DNA of 64,000 nucleotides from Trichinella spiralis (taxonomy: Eukaryota): NCBI RefSeq assembly GCF_000181795.1, contig NW_003526945.1:3031144-3095143 (forward strand). Direction: 5' to 3'. A program made the position numbers and the translations under genes. Of the stretch, positions 49,979 to 64,000 are shown one piece after another; position 1 is the stretch's first letter; the number at the start of each line of letters is the position of its first letter. Under the pieces are notes generated by a model. The model did no database searches, was not told the DNA's origin, and was given only the letters and a program-made list of their open reading frames with translations.

Positions 49979-52900
49979 TCATCGAATGAGAAAACGTTCC
50001 ACGACAGTATTGTCACTGTCACTTTGTGCATCATTAGTCCGATTTGAATGGCGATGACCACGTCTCGCGAGATTGCAGAACCGTTTGGTGGCGGTGCTGG
50101 TCTGGTAAAGTACTTCGGCTTCTTCGATTGTCTCCGGAAGTCGGATGTTACGTGTTTCCGGTAAAAGAAGCGCCAAAATGCCGCCGGATATCGTCAACAC
50201 GCCCATGATCATCAACGGTAACGCTCTTACGTCACTAGTCTGTAATTTTAATTATATAAAACACAAAGCTGTTTTTGCATTTGAAACAACAACAACAACA
50301 ACAGTGTCGCATTACCAGATAAATAATGTAAGGTGCAGTAATTACTCCTAACAAAGCGACAACCGAACTCCAGCCAATACCAATGGCACGACTTTCGGTT
50401 GGATAAAGTTCAGAAGCGTATGCATAGATAATTGTAAATGATGCGGATATGGCAAATTTTCCAACAGCTGCTAAACCTCCTTCAACCCACGGGTGCGCTA
50501 CGAAAAAAAAGAAACAAAAGAAATTTCACTATTACAAAATATTAAATAAGTAAAATAAAATTTTGGAAAATAGCATACTGTTGGCAAAGAAGATAGCACT
50601 GAGCGTAACTGCACCGCCGAAAAGCATTGTTGACGTCAACGAACACCGTCGTCCAAAATTGTTAATCATTGGCCATGTGATCAAGCTAGCCGGCACTTCT
50701 ACCGCCGCACTGAGTGCCAAATTTGCATAATCATTCAACTGCATGTTTGGCACATCGTATATGAGACCATTGTAAACGGTTGAATTGACAAGCCTGAACA
50801 TCCGTCCACTGAATGGATATAATAATTTCAATACATACATATAGACAGATATATCTTTTCTGCAGTAGTAAAAATGATCAGTAATTTTATCTGAGCTTAA
50901 AGAATCAAAACATTAAAAAAAGGAAATACAAATAATTATTGTTAAACACACATACGTTAACATTACGTGAAATATTGAAAGACATACAGAATAACAAAAT
51001 CGATCAACAAATAAGTTGATGAAGATTTTTCTTAACTTCAATAATAATAATATCATTAATTTAGAATAAAAATAGAAAAATAAATTACATGCATCTGTTG
51101 ATTTTCACAATATATGCAAAAATATTGATTTCAAAATACAAACAGACAAGAACTTTCTCCTTGGTTGGTTGAATTGACAGGAATAATTTTTCTTTTATAA
51201 TTTTCAAATTATCATATTTTTCATCCAAATCATCAATACAATACGCTCATTCAGCCAATATTGTTTTTAATACTTGAATTGTAATTTTAGGGTAATTATT
51301 TCATTGAAAAATGGAAAAAATAGCGAAAATGATTTTTCACACGGACACGGACATGTCACAGTTTCAGTGAGGATCAGTGAACGAACAACTAAATTTTTTA
51401 CAGACAACTAAAGGTTTTCAAGTTCAATAAAAATACCAAACTAGCCAACTAGCCTCCGTTGTGCGAAATAAGCACAAAAAAACAACAGAATCTTTTTTAA
51501 ACAATATTTTCTTCATTTTTAATATTTGCTTACCAAATATAAGTGACCAAAATTGCTATTTTGCGCAAATTCGGTGTACGGAACAAGTCCAGCACGGTCG
51601 GCTCGCTACCAAACGACGCTTGGCCCTCTTGCTCCACTGCACCAACCTGCCGCTTGAAAAACAAGAACAAACAAACATTCAATTTAACATTATTAAAAAA
51701 TATTATTGAATTGAAAATAAATAAAATATCTGTACACATTTTTCATAAATGTCTTGTCGAGAAACTGAGCGGCGGTTGAATCGAGCTGCGCGAACAAGAA
51801 TGTCACTAGCTTGACTGTAACGCTTTTTCAACAGTAACCACCTGGGAGATTCGGGAATGATCCTGAAGAAAGATAAATTGAATCAAAATTTGCACAATTT
51901 TGTCAAACCGATAACAACAAACAGGACTGAAAAGTATGCAGAAAAAAAAGAAGAAGAATTTTTTTGCAGCATTGAAAAAAAAAAGTCTGAAAATTGGTTT
52001 AGAAAAATGTGTAAATTACAAACCACCAAAAGATGAGATACACAGCGGATGGAGCAGAAGTGACAATCAGCAGATGTCTCCAGTTGCGTAGAAGCGATGC
52101 GATGAAGCAGAGAAGGCAAAAGCTCAGACCGAAAAATGTACAAAAAGCAGTATTCAACATTATGCGATACTGGGGACCTGACAATTCAATGCCTGTGAAG
52201 AGACAGTTTCATTGTAAGCAAAATGAAAAAAATTGCTCAAAATAAAAAAATTGTTAAACCTATTACAAATGGTAGACTGAACAACGCTGGAAAAGTAGAG
52301 CCGACGAAAAATCGCAACGCCACATAAGTGTAAATGTCGGTGGCAAATGCACTGGCAGTTCCAAAAATGCTGATCACCGCCAGCATGAGAAACAATGCTA
52401 TTTTCCGACCATATCTAAAATTTTTACTCACAAAATAAATAAATAAATAAATAAATAAATTAATTAATTAATTAATGATGATATGCTAATGTTACATATT
52501 TGTATATTCAATTAAATTAACATGCGGGAAATAAAAGTTGCACTTGAAAATCAATAAATCACACACAGTGTGACAAGATAAGATTTATGAATAACAAACA
52601 TTTGCTTGTAAAATGGCCAAGTGTAGTGCAAAAATCTATTAAAATGACATTCTGACGTCTTCAACTGAAAATTTTTGTCAAAGTTGAAAATTCACAACTT
52701 CCTAAGTAGAATGCAATTCTCAAGAAAAAAAATGCAGTTTCACTACTACAGTATTTTTCATCATTTACGAAAAGAAAAAATGGAAAATTAGATTAAAAAA
52801 CATCACGCACATTCCAGTTTATGATGATTAATTAACATTTGTGTGAAAATCGAAAAATCTGCCTACGTCGACGACTAATTCATTACTGTACTGTGCATTG

Positions 52901-53718
52901 TTGTATGAGGAACTGAAGAAAATAGAAGCTCAACTCAACAAGATAACATTTGAAAAAAAAAAGAAAACTTACTTTACAGCTCCGAAATGTGGCACAATTA
53001 ATAATTATAGAAGAAAATCTTATACAACAGATGATAATTAACGAATGGTGAAAAAATTTAGAACATTAAAAAAGATATACCTGTCAGCGATGTGGCCGAT
53101 AAAAAAATTACCAAATAAGCCGCCAATATTGAAAGCCATCAAAGAAAAAGCAGGCCAGAAATCATGATAGCAGACAAGATTCATCTGCAATACAATACAC
53201 AGCTGAAGGCCAATTCAATATTAAAAAAATAATAATAAAATTCAAATTACATCGGTCACAATAGTGGTGTCGTAAATGTCATGATTGTAATTCCAACCGT
53301 ATTTGCAGTCGACGATGGAAGATTTGTTTATAATTATCTTGTGATCAATTATTTCAGTGTCAAATTGCTTACATTTGCTGAATTTCACAGTTCTGTGAAA
53401 ATAAGCATTATCATCATCTTCCAATGGTATTGTCGAATTTTTCCATTCTTCATCGGTCATATTAATTGTAATAAAGTCCCTGGGTACAAAGCACGTGTGT
53501 TGAGGTGAAGCGGCTGCGAAAATCTTCAACATAATAATAAAAAAACAATTGAATAAATAAAATTATTTTTTTTTCACCTGAGCAAAAGCGACCCAAGAGC
53601 TTATGAGAGAAGACGGAATGGACAAGAGTATCAATATGAGACGCTGATAAAGTCCAAAAGAGCCGACAGATTGGAGAATGTGATCAAAGTCAACGGCAGT
53701 TGAAGGTGTGGTCGTCAT
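49979..53718 (-). CDS. SLC22-family organic cation transporter (MFS); exons 53718-53578, 53523-53251, 53184-53081, 52414-52260, 52192-52024, 51862-51736, 51652-51534, 50793-50579, 50497-50316, 50239-49979
   Basis: DFDHILQSVGSFGLYQ, extracellular loop DCKYGWNY..TIVTDMNLVC, ADRYGRK, IPESPRWL, DLFRTPNLRK, FGRR, YASELYPT, LLPETRNIRLPETIEE: standard SLC22 signatures. GT-AG introns are in phase. Confidence 0.93.
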
Positions 53719-55010
53719 CAGGTTCGTTGGAAAAATTGGACTTTTTCAGGCTAAGCTGACCGGGCAGATATTAATTATTACAGTGGCTTCAAATTCAGCT
53801 ACTGTTCGAGAAAAATGAACCAACGAACGCTTCTCACTGGAAGCGAAACAAACAACCCCCTGAAGGTAAGAGATGGTAATCAAAAACCCGAACAATGAAT
53901 GCAATCGATACTTACCAATTTCACTGACCTCTTTGAGAGAAGACTGTCGCTAATAATTTTTTCTCTTGTCTTGCCTGTTCAAAGCGAACAAACCAAAAAT
54001 ATCGTTCCGGCTTGATAACAACATTGCGCAGAACAATTTTCACACAGCACAACATGGAGAAAATGTATAAAAAGCAAAAAGAATCATTATCATTATTCCA
54101 ATATATCAACTATCCCCGACCAGATTGCTTAATTACATCACATGTATAGAATAATACAGCGCGACAATGTTCTTCTACGGAATGTTCATTGTGCTATTTC
54201 GCTGTTATTGTCGAACAAAAGCACATCCTCAAATTTGGTGATTGCCGCCCCAATAAAACCGGATTAATTCTTCAGCTTGCAAACCAGAAGAAAATAAACA
54301 GGACAAACAGCACAAAATGACTATAATACATACATCGACACTTCGGCTGCACAAAAATAAGAAAATAAACTTTGCAAACAAACCTCGTTGCAGCATTGTA
54401 AAATTTGCATAACGCCCGTGATAATCTGCACAAATTAACGTCAAATGGGGGAGAGGGGGGCGGTGGCGAGGTTGTTGAATGGAGAATGATAAAATGAATG
54501 TAAAAGAAAACGTGATCTATGGTTATTTATTTGTTGTTCGTAAATAAAAAATTATTTAATAGAAGAAGAAGAAAAACGACAACGTAAAAAATTATATAAT
54601 GGTCGTGGTAAAACAATTTTGAAAAGATGGAAAACGGTTCGATTATAAACTGCAAAAATTGTACAATAGATAGATAATAATAATAGTGAATTTTAAATAA
54701 TTGCACTTTGAAAAATTTTTCATACCAACCGTTGTCCAATTGCATATGATAGATGCAAGCAAGTATTTCGTGTTTTTGAAATTTCAAATCATCAGTGTTA
54801 GTAGAAGAGATCATCGAAATTCAGCAACTATGCAATTATTGTAAGCATTCTAATTGAATAGAAGCTGCATATTTTTTATCCATTGCATAAATTGTCGTTA
54901 CACTTCTCCAAAAATTGTCGAAGTGACGGTTTTTTTCAAATTTTTCTCAGAAAAAGACTAAAATGAATGAAAAATTAAATTTCAATAAACAAATTGATGA
55001 AAATTTAAAT

Positions 55011-64000
<8,990 letters not shown>

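Overview
AT-rich, intron-containing eukaryotic DNA. Short 50-70 nt introns with TTTCAG/TTTTAG acceptors and the gene content suggest a clade I nematode such as Trichinella (inference). The first ~16.5 kb is gene-poor. It holds an ~1.28 kb-period degenerate tandem repeat array (~7.2-14.2 kb) interrupted by assembly gaps and by a palindromic, minisatellite-bearing element whose minisatellite recurs at 1-206. Seven spliced genes follow: a class B DnaJ/Hsp40 (+), eIF3a (-), macoilin (-), KIAA1143/DUF4604 (-), LIN-41/TRIM71 (+), an SLC22 organic cation transporter (-), and the 3' part of BLTP2/KIAA0100/hobbit (-, running off the window end). The most striking observation is in lin-41, the classic let-7 target. 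Four perfect let-7 seed matches (CTACCTC) plus one 6-mer lie within ~340 bp of CODING sequence in the RING-to-B-box linker. They fall in two different codon phases and the four 7-mer/8-mer sites carry extra 3' pairing to let-7. By eye the long 3' UTR has no perfect seed, only bulged or offset sites. This suggests let-7 control of lin-41 has been partly rewired into the ORF. All exon coordinates were derived by hand.
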